Assembly (NCBI GenBank): GCA_963810095.1
Contig: CAWEMM010000006.1
Coordinates: 448,001 to 512,000 of the forward strand
Reading direction: 5' to 3'
Length of the DNA: 64,000 bases
From: an uncultured Chloroflexia bacterium
GTDB lineage: Bacteria; Chloroflexota; Anaerolineae; CG2-30-64-16
Below the pieces are notes generated by a model. That model worked only from the letters and a program-made list of their open reading frames with translations. It made no database searches and had not been told where the DNA came from. Positions 27,637 to 39,684 of the stretch are shown here, in pieces (positions within the stretch are counted from its first letter, which is position 1; every line of letters begins with the position of its first letter). A program made the translations under genes and the position numbers.

Positions 27637-27867
27637 AGATCTGATCCTCTCCTGTCAATGACAGTAACTTCGCCGTCACCACGCGCAACGGCAACTTCGT
27701 TAGAATGCACCTTTAAATACACGATGAAGCTTGACTGTGTCAAATCAAGAGGTGCTGACACCCCTGCGGCAACGCGGCCGGATTCGCTAAACCCTTGCGC
27801 ATCGGGGCACTTCTCGCTATAATGCTCAGGTGCTGCGCTTGACGGGAATGGGGGCATCGTTTCTGCC

Positions 27868-28656
27868 GTGGGCCTGAGTGACGAGGTCGTGGCTTATCGC
27901 TGGGAAAGTGGTATGCTGCGGGAAAGGACCACGGCCGTCGTGCGTGAAGCGCGCATCCGCCTCCACGTGAACGGCGCAGAATGGCTTAACTTGCTGGCGA
28001 CACCGCAAGAGCTCGATGCCCTTGCGGTCGGGTTCCTGGCCGGCGAGGGCATCATTCGTGGGCCGGCAGACGTGCGGCGAGTGGTAGTCTGTCCGAGCCA
28101 GACCTGCGTGGAAGTGTGGTTGATGGACGCGGCCGTGGAGCGGCCGTCACGGTCAACTGTAACGAGTGGATGTGGGGGCGGGATCACCTTTACGGACCTA
28201 TCTGCCGAGCGGGCGCCGGTGGCGGCGGATGCCAGGGTCACGGCCCGCCAGCTCGGGGCGCTGATGCACAAATTGCAGGAACGCCAGCAGACGCGGGGGA
28301 TCCACACTGCGGCGCTCGCCGACCCGGACGGCCTACTGCTCGTCACCGAAGATATCGGGCGGCACAACACCCTGGACAAGCTTTACGGGCGCTGCTTGCT
28401 AGCCGGCATCGAAACCGCAGGACGGATCTTGCTGGCGACAGGTCGCATCAGCGCCGAAATGCTCAGCAAGGCGGCGCGCATGCAGACGCCCGTCGTCGCA
28501 AGTCGCAGTTCGCCGACAACGCTCTCAGTGGCTCTTGCTACGGCCTGGAACTTAACACTCGTGGGTTACGTGCGCCGCGATAGCCTGAACGTCTACACGG
28601 GCGCATCGCGCGTACTCAAGGATGCCGAGGAGGTGGGGATCAATGCACAATCGTGA
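27868..28656 (+). CDS. fdhD: Formate dehydrogenase accessory sulfurtransferase
   Basis: TSGCG, GIHTAAL, EDIGRHNTLDKLYG, TGRISAEM. Confidence 0.93.
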   Translation: MGLSDEVVAYRWESGMLRERTTAVVREARIRLHVNGAEWLNLLATPQELDALAVGFLAGEGIIRGPADVRRVVVCPSQTCVEVWLMDAAVERPSRSTVTSGCGGGITFTDLSAERAPVAADARVTARQLGALMHKLQERQQTRGIHTAALADPDGLLLVTEDIGRHNTLDKLYGRCLLAGIETAGRILLATGRISAEMLSKAARMQTPVVASRSSPTTLSVALATAWNLTLVGYVRRDSLNVYTGASRVLKDAEEVGINAQS

Positions 28657-29134
28657 CGACGCCTGGATAGCCCTTGATCGTGGCTTCAAAGCGTTCATGG
28701 ACTCTCTGGGCCACCTCACCGAAGAAGAGTTGACCGCCGCTGACGTGGTCGGAAAATGGTCGGCCAAGGATGTAGTGGCCCACGTGTGGTCGTGGGTCGA
28801 CGAAGCGGTGCAGACGGCCAAGGCATGGCAGAGTCGCCGGCCGTGGCAAGAGGGCGCCAGCTACGACGACGCCTGGAACGAGAAGCAGGTTCAATCCCGA
28901 GCGGCGCTGCCCTTGATCACGGTGGTCGACGGCTTGACGGGCGCCCACCGGCGCCTCGTGCACATGCTCGACCTGGCAGAAGACGATGCCCTGGGACAGG
29001 TTGCGCAGGTGCCGTGGGAAAAGGAAGGGATGAGCCTCGTCGAGTTCTACTGGTCGATGGCGGGGCATTACCAGGAACACGCAGCAGACCTGAAGAACTA
29101 CCAGGAACGTTGCCTCGAAGGGTGCGACGACTGA
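28643..29134 (+). CDS. DinB/ClbS-DfsB-like four-helix bundle protein
   Basis: WSAKDVVAH, DAWNE, HYQEH. Confidence 0.75.
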   Translation: MHNRDDAWIALDRGFKAFMDSLGHLTEEELTAADVVGKWSAKDVVAHVWSWVDEAVQTAKAWQSRRPWQEGASYDDAWNEKQVQSRAALPLITVVDGLTGAHRRLVHMLDLAEDDALGQVAQVPWEKEGMSLVEFYWSMAGHYQEHAADLKNYQERCLEGCDD

Positions 29135-29171
29135 CACGCTGCGGTTCGCCGCGCTTTCCAACGCAATCGGT

Positions 29172-29202
29172 AAGCCGGTCCAAGGGGCCGGCTTTTTCTT
29201 TT
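29172..29202 (+). terminator. Intrinsic terminator
   Basis: AAGCCGGTCC-AAG-GGGCCGGCTTTTTCTTTT. Confidence 0.7.
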
Positions 29203-29331
29203 GAGCCTCCCGGGGCGCGCGCCGGTCGTCTCGCCCCGGCGCGCGCCCTTACTGGGAAACGTGTTACAGACCCGGGCGCCGGAATGTGGTAAGTGGTCTT
29301 GGATGGTACGAACCGCAGCCGCGAGGAGCTT

Positions 29332-30893
29332 ATGAAGAAACCTTTTGTGAATGAACCGCTGACCGACTTCGGCGTGGAGGCAAACGCGCAAGCGTTTCAG
29401 GCCGCGCCTCGACAAGGTACGAACGACCTTCGGCCGTGCGTACCCGCTCATCATCGGCGACGAGAAGATCTTTACCGACGACGTGTTGGAAAGCCGCAAT
29501 CCTGCCCAACCTTCCGAGATCGTCGGGCGGGTCAGCCAGGCGACGCCCGAGTTGGCCGACCGCGCAGTGCGTGAAGCGGCCCGGGCGTTCGAACACTGGA
29601 AGCGCATTTCATATTCGGAACGCGCCCGCTACCTCTTCCATGCGGCAAAGATCATGCGCGAGCGGAAGCACGAGTTTAGCGCGCTCGATGGTTTTCGAGG
29701 CCGGCAAGCCGTGGGTCGAGGCCGATGCGGACACCGCGGAAGCGATCGACTTCATGGAGTTCTACGGCCGCGAGATGTTGCGGTTGGGCGAGCCGCATCC
29801 TACCTATCCCGAGCCGAACCACGAGACCGAACTGCACTACATCCCCCTGGGCGTCGGCATCGTCATCCCGCCCTGGAACTTCCCGTGTGCAATCATGACG
29901 GGCATGACCACCGCGACCATCGTAACCGGCAACACCGCGGTACTCAAACCGGCCAGCGCCACGCCGGTCATCGCGGCCTGGCTGGCGGAGCTCTTTGTCG
30001 ACGAACTGCACCTGCCTGCGGGCGTGCTGAATTACCTGCCGGGTCCGGGCGGATCGGTGGGCGACGTGCTTGTCGACCATCCGCTGACGCGCTTCATCGC
30101 GTTTACAGGCAGCAAGGAAGTGGGCATCCGGATCAACCAGCGGGCCGCGGCCGTGCAGCCGGGCCAGAGGTGGCTCAAACGCACGATCCTCGAGATGGGC
30201 GGCAAGGACGCGATTCTCGTGGACGAGACGGCGGATCTGGACGAAGCGGCCGCCGGCATCGTCTCGGCCGCGTTCAGTTACCAGGGACAGAAGTGTTCGG
30301 CCTGCTCAAGGGCGATCGTGGTCGACGAGGTGTATGACGAGATCGTGCAGAAAATCGTGGAACGGACCGCGACGCTCGATGTGGGCGATCCGGCACATGG
30401 CCCCGGGATCGAGATGGGTCCGGTGATCGACGAGAAGGCGCTGAAGAAGCACCTGGAGTACATCGAGATCGGCAAACGGGAAGGCCGGCTGTTGGCGGGC
30501 GGTGAGGCCGTTGCCAACCGGGCAGGCGGCTACTACCTGCAGCCGACCGTCATCGCGGACGTGCCGCCCGACGCGCGGCTGGCGCAGGAAGAGGTGTTCG
30601 GCCCGGTCCTGGCAGTGATCAGGGCAAAGGACTTCGTCGACGGCCTGAACATCGCCAACAGCACCGAGTACGGGCTGACGGGCAGTCTCTACTCGATGCG
30701 TCGCGATCGGTTGGAGTGTGTGCGCCAGGAGTTCCACGTCGGCAATCTCTATTTCAACCGCAAGTGCACGCACGCGCTGGTGGGGGTGCACCCGTTCGGC
30801 GGCTTCAACATGAGTGGGACCGACTCGAAAGCGGGCGGCAGCGACTACTTGCAGCTCTTTATGCAGGCGAAGGTCGTCAGCGAGAAGCTGTGA
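29332..30893 (+). CDS. pruA: 1-pyrroline-5-carboxylate dehydrogenase (frameshifts near 29410-29440 and 29685)
   Basis: [10 protein letters not shown] start, [36 protein letters not shown]. Confidence 0.9.
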
Positions 30894-30909
30894 CCGGGAG
30901 CGACGAGAA

Positions 30910-31689
30910 TCAAGGGCTCGGCTGATCCTGCTGCACAGGGATGGCGGTCAGATCGCCGTCGACTTCGAGCAGGAAAACGGCGATCCAGGCGTTCTTGATC
31001 TTGTCGTTGCTGATCTCGAGCCAGTCGCCCCCGCCGGTGCGCCCGATTGCAGTGAAGGTGTCGCCCGGCGCGGCGGTGGCGACGCGGGGGTAACTGGTAC
31101 CGGGGCCGCTGCGGAGGTTAGCATCTCGCTTGACGCGTACATGTACTGACTGGCGTGCGGCTTCGAGACTGACCGGCTGCCTCTGCGACTCCGCAGAGCC
31201 GGGCGCCCGGGCCGCCACGTCGAGCTTTGAGCGGCAGAAGTCGACCCGCTCCTTAACCTCGTCGAAAGGGCCCTTGTCCAGGTTGTTGATGCCCTGCAAA
31301 ACGTAGGCAGTAAGCGACTGGCAGGCCTCTGCGGCACGCACTGTCTCGGCGTGCTGTGCCTGTTCGTCGGCGGGCGGAGAGAGCCCTTCGATCTGGCGAT
31401 AACCGAGTTCGGTCAGGGTTGCCAGGTTGATCGCTTGGCTGCGCCAGGCATCGTCCAGATAGCGGGGCTCGGCCAGGAGCGCCGACAGTTGATCGAGCGA
31501 GTCGCGGAGTGCGTACATGGCCCCGGCCATCTGTAGTGCATACGTGTTGGGCGAGGTGGTCGGCCGGGCGCGGACCAGGGAGGTGGCGGATTCGGCCTGG
31601 CTAGCGCCCGCGCAGCCGGCAAGCACAGTTACCAGGGTTATGCCTGCAGCCAGTGTGCCGGCACGCCGCACCCATCTGCACCGTGACAC
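30910..31689 (-). CDS. Lipoprotein with C-terminal SH3b domain
   Basis: LAGC lipobox; ANLRSGPGTSY...GDWLEI...AWI. Confidence 0.8.
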   Translation of the reverse strand: MSRCRWVRRAGTLAAGITLVTVLAGCAGASQAESATSLVRARPTTSPNTYALQMAGAMYALRDSLDQLSALLAEPRYLDDAWRSQAINLATLTELGYRQIEGLSPPADEQAQHAETVRAAEACQSLTAYVLQGINNLDKGPFDEVKERVDFCRSKLDVAARAPGSAESQRQPVSLEAARQSVHVRVKRDANLRSGPGTSYPRVATAAPGDTFTAIGRTGGGDWLEISNDKIKNAWIAVFLLEVDGDLTAIPVQQDQPSP

Positions 31690-31903
31690 AGGAACGACCT
31701 TCCACTTCTACGCGTGTTGGCAACGGCACAGCCAATCGGCAAGGCCAGGGCAATGTTAGCAGGAGTGCATGACGCTGCCATCTGCGCTTTGTCGGATCAT
31801 GTACAAGACCTTCGTATCGTAGCGGGCAAGCGTCGCAGCTGCCGGGGTTGGACGGGCCGATCATACTCAGTTTCACGGGCGGTACGCCGGGCAGGTATCG
31901 AGG

Positions 31904-32734
31904 ATGAGCAAAGTTCGATCCGCGGATATAGACGACCTGGTGCGTCGCGAGCGCCGGTGGCACGAGGAGAACGACCACAAGCGCTCGTGGCTCTCCGCGT
32001 TGCTTTATGATCCGCCGGCCTTCGACCGGGTAGTTGCCGAGGGATGCGGTTTCCTGAATCTCGAGCCGGACGGCATGGTGCTCGACATGGCGTGCGGTGA
32101 GGGAAAGGAAACGCTGGCGCTGGCCGTGCGCGGCGCGCAGGTCGTCGCAACTGACCTGACTCTCGGACACCTGCTGCAAGCCCGGCAGAAAGTGGCGACA
32201 CACGAGCCACAAGCGCAGGTGCTCTTCGTGCAGGCCGATGCCCACCGGCTGCCTTTTGCGGGCGGGGCGTTTCCGGCGGTCTACGGGAAGGCCATCTTGC
32301 ACCACCTCGTCCTGTCTCAAGCCGTCGCGGAGGTCGACCGTCTCCTGACGCCAGGCGGCAGGGCAGCCTTTGCCGAGCCCATGAACGGGCATCCGCTGTT
32401 CCGGTTTGGCCGCCGTCTCACGCCACAGTTGCGGACGGCGGACGAGCATCCGCTCGGCTGGGCAGAGATGGACGGATTCGGCCGGGGGTTTGCGACGTAT
32501 CGCTTGCGTGGTCACATGCTGATCTCGCCGGCGGCGTACCTATTCCGGCTGCTGCCCGGCGGCGAGGGGGTTTTCAGGCGGGTGCATGCGGGGCTGCAGC
32601 GGCTGGACGAATGGCTGCTCGGCCGTGCGCCAAAGCTGCGCCGCTGGGCATGGTACGGATCGGTGTACGTGGTGAAGGGAGTCGGGCAACAGACTGCCGG
32701 TTTGACTTCAAAAAACACCCCGGGGTCGGGTTAG
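31904..32734 (+). CDS. Class I SAM-dependent methyltransferase
   Basis: VLDMACGEG, QADAHRLPF, LTPGG. Confidence 0.85.
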   Translation: MSKVRSADIDDLVRRERRWHEENDHKRSWLSALLYDPPAFDRVVAEGCGFLNLEPDGMVLDMACGEGKETLALAVRGAQVVATDLTLGHLLQARQKVATHEPQAQVLFVQADAHRLPFAGGAFPAVYGKAILHHLVLSQAVAEVDRLLTPGGRAAFAEPMNGHPLFRFGRRLTPQLRTADEHPLGWAEMDGFGRGFATYRLRGHMLISPAAYLFRLLPGGEGVFRRVHAGLQRLDEWLLGRAPKLRRWAWYGSVYVVKGVGQQTAGLTSKNTPGSG

Positions 32735-32799
32735 GACCACGAGGTGTAATTGGGTTAAGTGGATGCCGTGTCACTCTGTGACCCGTCACCCGACTTAGG

Positions 32800-32871
32800 T
32801 GGCGACGCTCAGACTCGAACTGAGGACCCAGCGATTATGAGCCGCTTGCTCTGCCACTGAGCTACGTCGCC
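32800..32871 (-). tRNA. tRNA-Met (CAT), elongator type
   Basis: GGCGACGTAGCTCAGTGGCAGAGCAAGCGGCTCATAATCGCT...TTCGAGT...CGTCGCCA; G1-C72 paired. Confidence 0.9.
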
Positions 32872-33012
32872 ATACGGTGTGTGATTATATCCACGCGACC
32901 GCGCTTCGTCAAATTGATGCCGCTTCCGCCTTTTGCCTGGCGGAGTAAGTGCCAAGCGAGACCCTCGGGTTTCCGCAACACGAAGGTCTGGGATGGCAGC
33001 GAAGGACAAAAC

Positions 33013-33043
33013 AAAAACCTGGCAGTTGATACCGCCAGGTTTT
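33013..33043. terminator. Bidirectional terminator after tRNA-fMet
   Basis: AAAAACCTGGCAGT-TGAT-ACCGCCAGGTTTT. Confidence 0.7.
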
Positions 33044-33050
33044 CGCTAGG

Positions 33051-33122
<72 letters not shown>

Positions 33123-33160
33123 TCGGATGTTTAGTTATTATACCCGTTTATCCCGATCTG

Positions 33161-33538
33161 TCAATTTAGGCCCAGTGCCTTCAACCAGTTTTCCCAGGCC
33201 GGCTGGGGCGGCTGAACCGGTCCCGTCTCGACCACCGGGCTCACGGGCAGCGTCTCGATGCCGCGCGCCCCTTTGGGAAGCTTGCCGTACATATCCCAAG
33301 CCAGCCACGGCAAGAGCTCGCCCCGCTGCGCTCGTTCCAACTGCAGCTGCAGCAGCGTGTTCTGCCGCTTCGTGCGCTCGACCCGGGTCAATGCCTGCTC
33401 GTACTGCGCTTGCATCTGGTGCCGTGTCACTGCCAGCTCGACAAAGCCCGCCGTGAAAAAGACCGCGGCCACCAGCACCGCAAGCAACAGCACGCGGGAC
33501 GGTCCGAGCACTCTTCGCAGCGAACGAACCAGCGACAC
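33161..33538 (-). CDS. FtsB/DivIC-like septum formation initiator family protein
   Basis: Single TM followed by a coiled coil; GGAGG RBS. Confidence 0.6.
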   Translation of the reverse strand: MSLVRSLRRVLGPSRVLLLAVLVAAVFFTAGFVELAVTRHQMQAQYEQALTRVERTKRQNTLLQLQLERAQRGELLPWLAWDMYGKLPKGARGIETLPVSPVVETGPVQPPQPAWENWLKALGLN

Positions 33539-33643
33539 CACGCCTCCCGGCTGAACCCGTTGCGATGGCCCCCAAAGGGGGCACTTCGCCAGGCCTACAG
33601 GCACAAAATCCCACGGCACAGCCGCGGGATCTTGTTGTTCCAG

Positions 33644-33727
33644 TGCCGAAGGAGGGATTTGAACCCTCACGAGCTCAATGCTCACTAGGTCCTGAACCTA
33701 GCGCGTCTGCCATTCCGCCACTTCGGC
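33644..33727 (-). tRNA. tRNA-Leu (CAG)
   Basis: GCCGAAGTGGCGGAATGGCAGACGCGCTAGGTTCAGGACCTAG, long variable arm, TTCAAAT T-loop. Confidence 0.95.
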
Positions 33728-33758
33728 TCGGCTGTTCGATTGTAGACGATTTATAGCA

Positions 33759-35466
33759 CTATTTCTGGCCCATGTCAAGTTGAACGGCCGGCGTGGTTGC
33801 GCCGGTGCTCCGGCCGCGATTTTCCACGCTGCTCACCGTGACCTTCTTCGTATTGATATACCAGTCGGCAATGCTGCGGTAACGGTCGCCCGGCGTGTTG
33901 AGCGGGCCCATCTGGACTTGGTTGATCTTGTTCCGCACGCCGAATGTGTAAACGGGGTTGTACAGCACGAGCGCCGGCAGTTGCTCGGCAAAGATGCGCT
34001 GGAAGTCCTTGTAAAACGCCACCCGCTGGTTGCGGTCGGGCAAGTTGCGCGCCTTTTCGATGGCCTCATCGGCCGCTCGATCCTCCCAGCCGCCGTAGTT
34101 CTGCCCCGCCTTGGCCTGGGTCGAGTGCCACAACGGATAGGGATCCGGGTCGCCCGACAGCTCCCAGTCGACCAGGGCCGCATCGTAGGTGCGCGGCACC
34201 AGGAAGTCGGCCGTCAGGCCGGGCAGACTGACCGCCTGCACTTCCGCCTTAACGCCCAGCTCGGCCCACATCGCGCTCGATGGCATCCAGCTTCGCCTTG
34301 TCCTTGCCCAACAGCACGAACGCCAGCTTCACGCCGTCCTTCTCCCGCACGCCGTCGCCGTCCGAGTCCACCCAGCCCGCCTGCTCCAGCATCTGTTTGG
34401 CGAGTGCAGGGTCATGGGTGTACTTCTGAACGCTGCTGTCGTATGCCCAGCTGTAGGGCATGATGGGCGATTGTGCGACGACGCCCTGGCCGGCCAGCAC
34501 CGCATCGATCAGCTGCTGGCGGTCGAGCCCGTACATCAACGCTTTGCGCACCGCCGCCTCTTTGAAAAAGGGCGTGTTCGGGTTCTGCTGGTTGAGGTAG
34601 ATGACGGTGTAGCCCGAAATCGGCGCCGAAAACAGCTGAAGATCCTCGTGCTTCGCGGCCTCGCTCATGTCGTCCGGCCAGACCCAGCTCACCGCGTCGA
34701 TCTCGCCGCGGTCGTAGGCGGGCATCAGGCTTTGATGATCCGGATAAAAGCGGACGGTGATGCCGTCGAGGAAAGGCTGCTGCCCGTGATAGGAGGGGTT
34801 TGCCTTGAACTTCGCCTCAGTGGCCGAGACCGTGTCCAACATGAAGGGACCCGTACCCACCGGCCGGGTGTTGTACTCGGAGCTCATCATGTCGGCGACG
34901 GGCACCTGTTGCCACAAATGCGAGGGCAAAAGTCCGATGGTCGTATAGTCGACGAAAGGCGCAAAGGGTTGTTTCAGCTGGAAACGCACCGCAAGCCCGT
35001 CCGGTCCGTCGGGTGCGGTCGCCTCCACCTCGCGCCACAGCGTGCTGAGCCACGCCATGCCCGGAAAATCCTCGGCCTGCATGGCCTTCACGGTGTAGAG
35101 GACGTCTGAGGCAGTGACGGGAACGCCGTCGTGCCAGTACAGGCCCGAACGCAAACGGAAGTCGTAGGTGAGGCCGTCAGGGCTGACCGTCATCCCCTCG
35201 GCCAGGTCGGGCACGACGTTGCCGCGCTCGTCCAAGCGGGTCAAGCCGTTGAACAGGAGACTGCCAAGCACGCCGTCGATCTGGTTATACTGGCTGAGGA
35301 GCGGGTTCAGGAACTGGGGGTTGCCGGCCATGCCTTCAACCAGCGTCCCGCCACGGTCGGGAACGGTGACGCTGGTGAAGTTGTAGGCGGTGTAGCGCAG
35401 CAGAGCGGCCAGGAGAATGATGCCGAGGACGGCAATGACCGCTTGCCAGCGAAGGTATCTGCCCAA
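33759..35466 (-). CDS. Peptide ABC transporter substrate-binding protein, family 5 (frameshift near 34270)
   Basis: LFNGLT...PDLAE, WHDGVPVTASDV, PVGTGPF; C-terminal DPDPYPLWHS in the second frame. Confidence 0.85.
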
Positions 35467-35469
35467 GGG

Positions 35470-35697
35470 TTATTTTGAGACGATGACAGTGACCAGGCAG
35501 AGCACCATGAAAAGCGCGCCCAGCACAATGGTGGCATTGAAGAGCGTCTTCTCGACGCCGCGACGGGTCCTGTAGACGCCCATGTCGCCGCCGCCGCCAA
35601 ACATGTTGCTCATGCCAGCGTCCTTAGACTGGATCATCACAATCGCGATGATCGCGATGCCCAAGACGATCTGCGCCAAATAGAGAAATACTTCCAC
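35470..35697 (-). CDS. secG: Preprotein translocase subunit SecG
   Basis: Two TMs around QSKDAGMSNMFGG...TRRGVEKTL. Confidence 0.92.
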   Translation of the reverse strand: MEVFLYLAQIVLGIAIIAIVMIQSKDAGMSNMFGGGGDMGVYRTRRGVEKTLFNATIVLGALFMVLCLVTVIVSK

Positions 35698-35898
35698 GGG
35701 AAACAGCCTCCGGAATGATTACGCAACCCGCGCGTATTGCCGGCCGCGCCGGTCCGACAAGAGTTGGATTATAACACCGGGGCGCCGGGCGAGCAAGAAA
35801 CCGGGAGACTGTTTCGGGCACCGCCGCAGCCGGGGCGCGGACCGCGCTCTACACGCCAGCCCTATGGGGCGGCGATGGCAAAGCGGTCCCTGCCAAGC

Positions 35899-38800
35899 TC
35901 ATGTTGGCAATTCCTGCCCCTGCTGTTGCTCCCAAAGCCTGCGGTAGAGGCCGCCCGCGGCAAGCAGTGCTTCGTGCGTGCCTGTCTCGACCACGCGCCC
36001 GCGATCCATGACGACAATCTGGCCCGCTGTGGCAAACCCGCCCAGGCGGTGCGTGATCAGCAGCGTGGAGCGGCCTGCCAGTAACGGCCCGAGCGCCCGC
36101 CAGAGATCCGCTGCGGTCGTCATATCCAACCCGGCGGTTGGCTCGTCGAGCACCAGGATGGGCGCATCTTTGAGCAGCGCCCGAGCGATCGCGAGCCGTT
36201 GACGCTCGCCCCCGCTCAGCTTGCGCCCGCCTTCGCCCACTCGGGTGTCGTAGCCCTCGGGCAGGGCCGCGATGAAGTCGTGGAGCTGGGCCGCGTGCGC
36301 CACCTCCTCCAGCTGCTCCGGCGAAGCGTCTGGCCTGGCAAGCAGCAGGTTGGTCCGGATCGAGGCGTTGAAGAGATGGGTCCGCTGGGCCACAACTCCT
36401 GTCAAGGCGCGCACCTGCTCGCCCTCCACCGTCGCCAGGTCCCGGTCGCCGATGCTGATTGTTCCCGCTTCGACGTCCCAGAAGCGGAGCAGCGCGTTCG
36501 CAAGAGTCGACTTGCCGGCCCCGCTCGGCCCGACGACGGCCAGAAGACCGCCGGCCGGAACCGTAAGGGTGACGCCGTCGAGCGCGAGCGGCTCGGACGG
36601 GGCATATCGCAGCGACACATCGCGGAAAGCCACGGCCGGCGCCGCTAACGCAGCTTGCGAAGCTGGCACGGGCGCCGGCGGCGGGAAGTCGAGGACCGCG
36701 GCCACTGCCGCCCGATCCGGGCGTTTCCCAGCGACGTGGAACAGGCGCCGAGCGGCTGCGGTCGACGTGAAGAAGTACTGGGCGGCCACGGGGAGCGGCG
36801 CAACAGCCTCGAAACTGGCCACCGTCAGGAGCGCCAATACGGCGAGGGAGACCCCGTCCAGTTGTCCGGCACGCACGAGCGGTGTCGCTACGATCAGCAC
36901 GGCGGCCACGGCCAGCCAGGAGACGATCGTCGTCCCGGCGCCGGCGCCTGTCGATAGAACGGCCATGTTACGCCCGGCCGCACCCAAGGCCGCCCCTTGC
37001 CTCGCAACGCCTTCAGCGTGCCGGCCGGCGGCCCGGAAAGCCAGCAAGTCGGCCAGCCCCTGTACCAGGTCGACCAACGATTGGTTGAGCTTCCCGCGGC
37101 CCTCGGTCAAGTCGTGCGAAGGCCCACGGCCCAGCCACAATGTCAGCACCGGCAGGCCGATGCCGGCCACGGCTTGGAGCGCAAGCACCGGCAGAACGAG
37201 CGCCGGATTGAAGGACGCGAGCAAACCGGCGGTCAGAAGTGCGATCAGGACCGCCACAAGCGGGGGCGAGACCGCCCGTACATAGAAGTTCTCGAGCACG
37301 CCCACGTCCGAAAGGACGCGCGCCAGCAGGTCGCCGCTGCTGTACCGCCCGAGCACGGCCGGGGCCAACGGCTCGATTGCGGCATAGAACCACACGCGAA
37401 TCGCGGCCAGCACGCGGAAGGTGACCTGGTGCGAAGCAAGACGCTCGAGGTAGCGGAACACGCCGCGGGCGATGCCGAAAAAACGTACGCCGACGACGGC
37501 CACCTGGAGCACGGCAATCGAAGGCTGAAGCGCGGCCGAGGCAATGATCCAGGCCGAGGTGGCGAGCAGCCCGATGCTGCTGGCGATGGTCAGGAAGCCG
37601 AGGAGGACCGAGAGCGCGATCCACGGGACGTAGGGCGCCAGGAAGGGCAGGAGGCCGGCGAGGGCGGCATGGCGGGACAGCTGGCGGGGCTGTTGGAGCG
37701 GGGCGCTTCCGGCAGCCGCGTCGCTCGAGATACCCCTCCGCAAGGTCGCGGCGGATTCGCCGGGCACGCTCGCCGCGTCGGCGACCCTGTGCTCTGCCCC
37801 GGCGCCCGGACGCAGCATCCCTGCATACTTCCCGCCGGCAGCGAGAAGCTCCGCATGTGTCCCCTGCTCCACGACCCGCCCACCGTCCAGCACGACGATC
37901 TTGTCTGCGGTGCGCACCGTGCCGAGCCGGTGTGCGATCACGAGCGCGGTCCGGCCGTGTAAGAGCTCGGCAAGTGACGCTTGGATTCCGGCGTCCGTTT
38001 CGGGGTCGAGATTGGCCGTCGCCTCGTCGAGGATGACAAAGGGCGCGTCGACCAGGAAGGCGCGGCGCAAGCGCGAGGCGCTGGGCCTGCCCGCCGCTGA
38101 GCCGGGCGCCGCGCTCGCCGATCACGGTGTCGTACCCCTGGGGCAGGCCGCGAATGAACTCGTCGGCCTGCGCAGCAGTTGCCGCGGCGATCACCTGTTC
38201 CATCGCGGCGGTGGGGCGGCCAAGGCGGATATTCTCGGCCACCGACATGTTGAGCAAGTACGGCGCCTGGGGAACGTAGGCCACGCGGTCGCGCCATTCC
38301 TCGGGCGAGAGGGCAGCGAGATCGACGCCGCCCGCCTTGATCTCGCCGGCCTGCGCTTCGATGAAGCGCATCAGGAGTGCGGCAACCGTGCTCTTGCCCG
38401 CACCCGTCGCACCCACCAGTGCGACGTGCCGGCCGGGATCGATTTCGAACGTGACGCCTTCCAGGGCCGGGAGTGCGCGGTCCGGATAGGACACCGTGAC
38501 GCCGGAAATCACAATCCCGAATATCCCGTCTGGCACCCGAGCCGAAGCCTCCCTAGTCGCCGGGGGGACAACGTCGAGAATGTCGAAGATCCGGTGCGCG
38601 GCCGTGACTCCGGAAACCCCGGCGTGGAAACGCAGCCCAAGCTGGCGTAGGGGCAAGTAGAACTCGGGCGCGAGAATCAGGACGAAGAAGGCCGGCTCGA
38701 ACGTTAGGTTACCCGCCAGGAGGCGCAGCCCTACCTCGACCGCGACGACAGCCGTGCTGATCGTGCCGATCATCTCGAGGACAAACGCAGAGAGGAACGC

Positions 38801-39533
38801 GATGCGCAGGACCTGCAGGGTCGCGTCGCGATGCTGCTCACCGATCCTGCGGATGAGGATGATTTGTTCGCGGCTGCGGTCGAAGAGCTTGAGGGTCGTC
38901 AGCCCCTGGAGCACGTCCAGGAAGTGCGCCGCCAGGCGGCTCAGCGTGCCCCACTGGCGCCGTGTGAGCGCGTCAGTATAGCTGCCAATTAGCGCCATGA
39001 ACATCGGGATCAGCGGCGCCGTCAACAGCAGCACCAGCCCGGAAAGGGGATCGATCGGGAAGACGACGAGCAGAAACGTGAGGGGGATGACGGCCGCGAG
39101 CGCCACCTGCGGCAGGTACTGCCCGAAATACGCGTCGAGCGCCTCGACGCCGTCAAGCGCCGTGTTGACCAACTCCCCCGTGCGCTCGCCTTCCGCATCG
39201 ACCAGGTAGGTCGGGCCAAGGCTCACGATGTGGCGCGTCACGCGGGCCCGCAGGTCGTCCTTCACGCACCGGGCGACGCGGCGCAGCGGCCAACTCTCCC
39301 GACCAGGTCGCGATCCCCCTGCCAAGCGAAAACGCCACGAGCGCGAGGATCAGCGGGCGAACGGAATCGAGATCGGCGCCGGCAAGGAACACACCCGATA
39401 CCGCCCGGCTGAGTGCGGCGGCCTGGCCGACCGTCAGGATGCCAGCCAGCGCGCCGCCCACCACGGCAAGCCCGAGGAAGAGACGCTGAGGTTGAGCAGC
39501 ACGGAGGAGACGACGATCGAAGAAACGAGACAC
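35899..39533 (-). CDS. cydDC: Fused CydD-CydC thiol reductant ABC exporter (frameshifts near 39290 and 38070)
   Basis: CydD motifs (YLPQ, LAPEFYLPLRQLGLRFH, GATGAGKS) continue without a stop into CydC (VRFFGIARGVFRYLERLASH, GPSGAGKS, LSGGERQRL). Confidence 0.8.
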
Positions 39534-39584
39534 GCCGCGATTATACGTGCTGGCAAGGTTGCGAGCAATCAGAAGGGTGAGCTA

Positions 39585-39672
39585 ACCACAAAGGCACCAA
39601 GCCAAGGGGGTTCACCAAGCATCGCCAGGTGAGCGGCGAAGAAGGTCTTTTGTGGCTTCGTGCCTTTGTGGT
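39585..39672. repeat. Palindromic intergenic element (CACAAAG, 8-nt period)
   Basis: ACCACAAAGGCACCAAGCCA...TGGCTTCGTGCCTTTGTGGT. Confidence 0.75.
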
Positions 39673-39684
39673 GACGGCCCAGCT

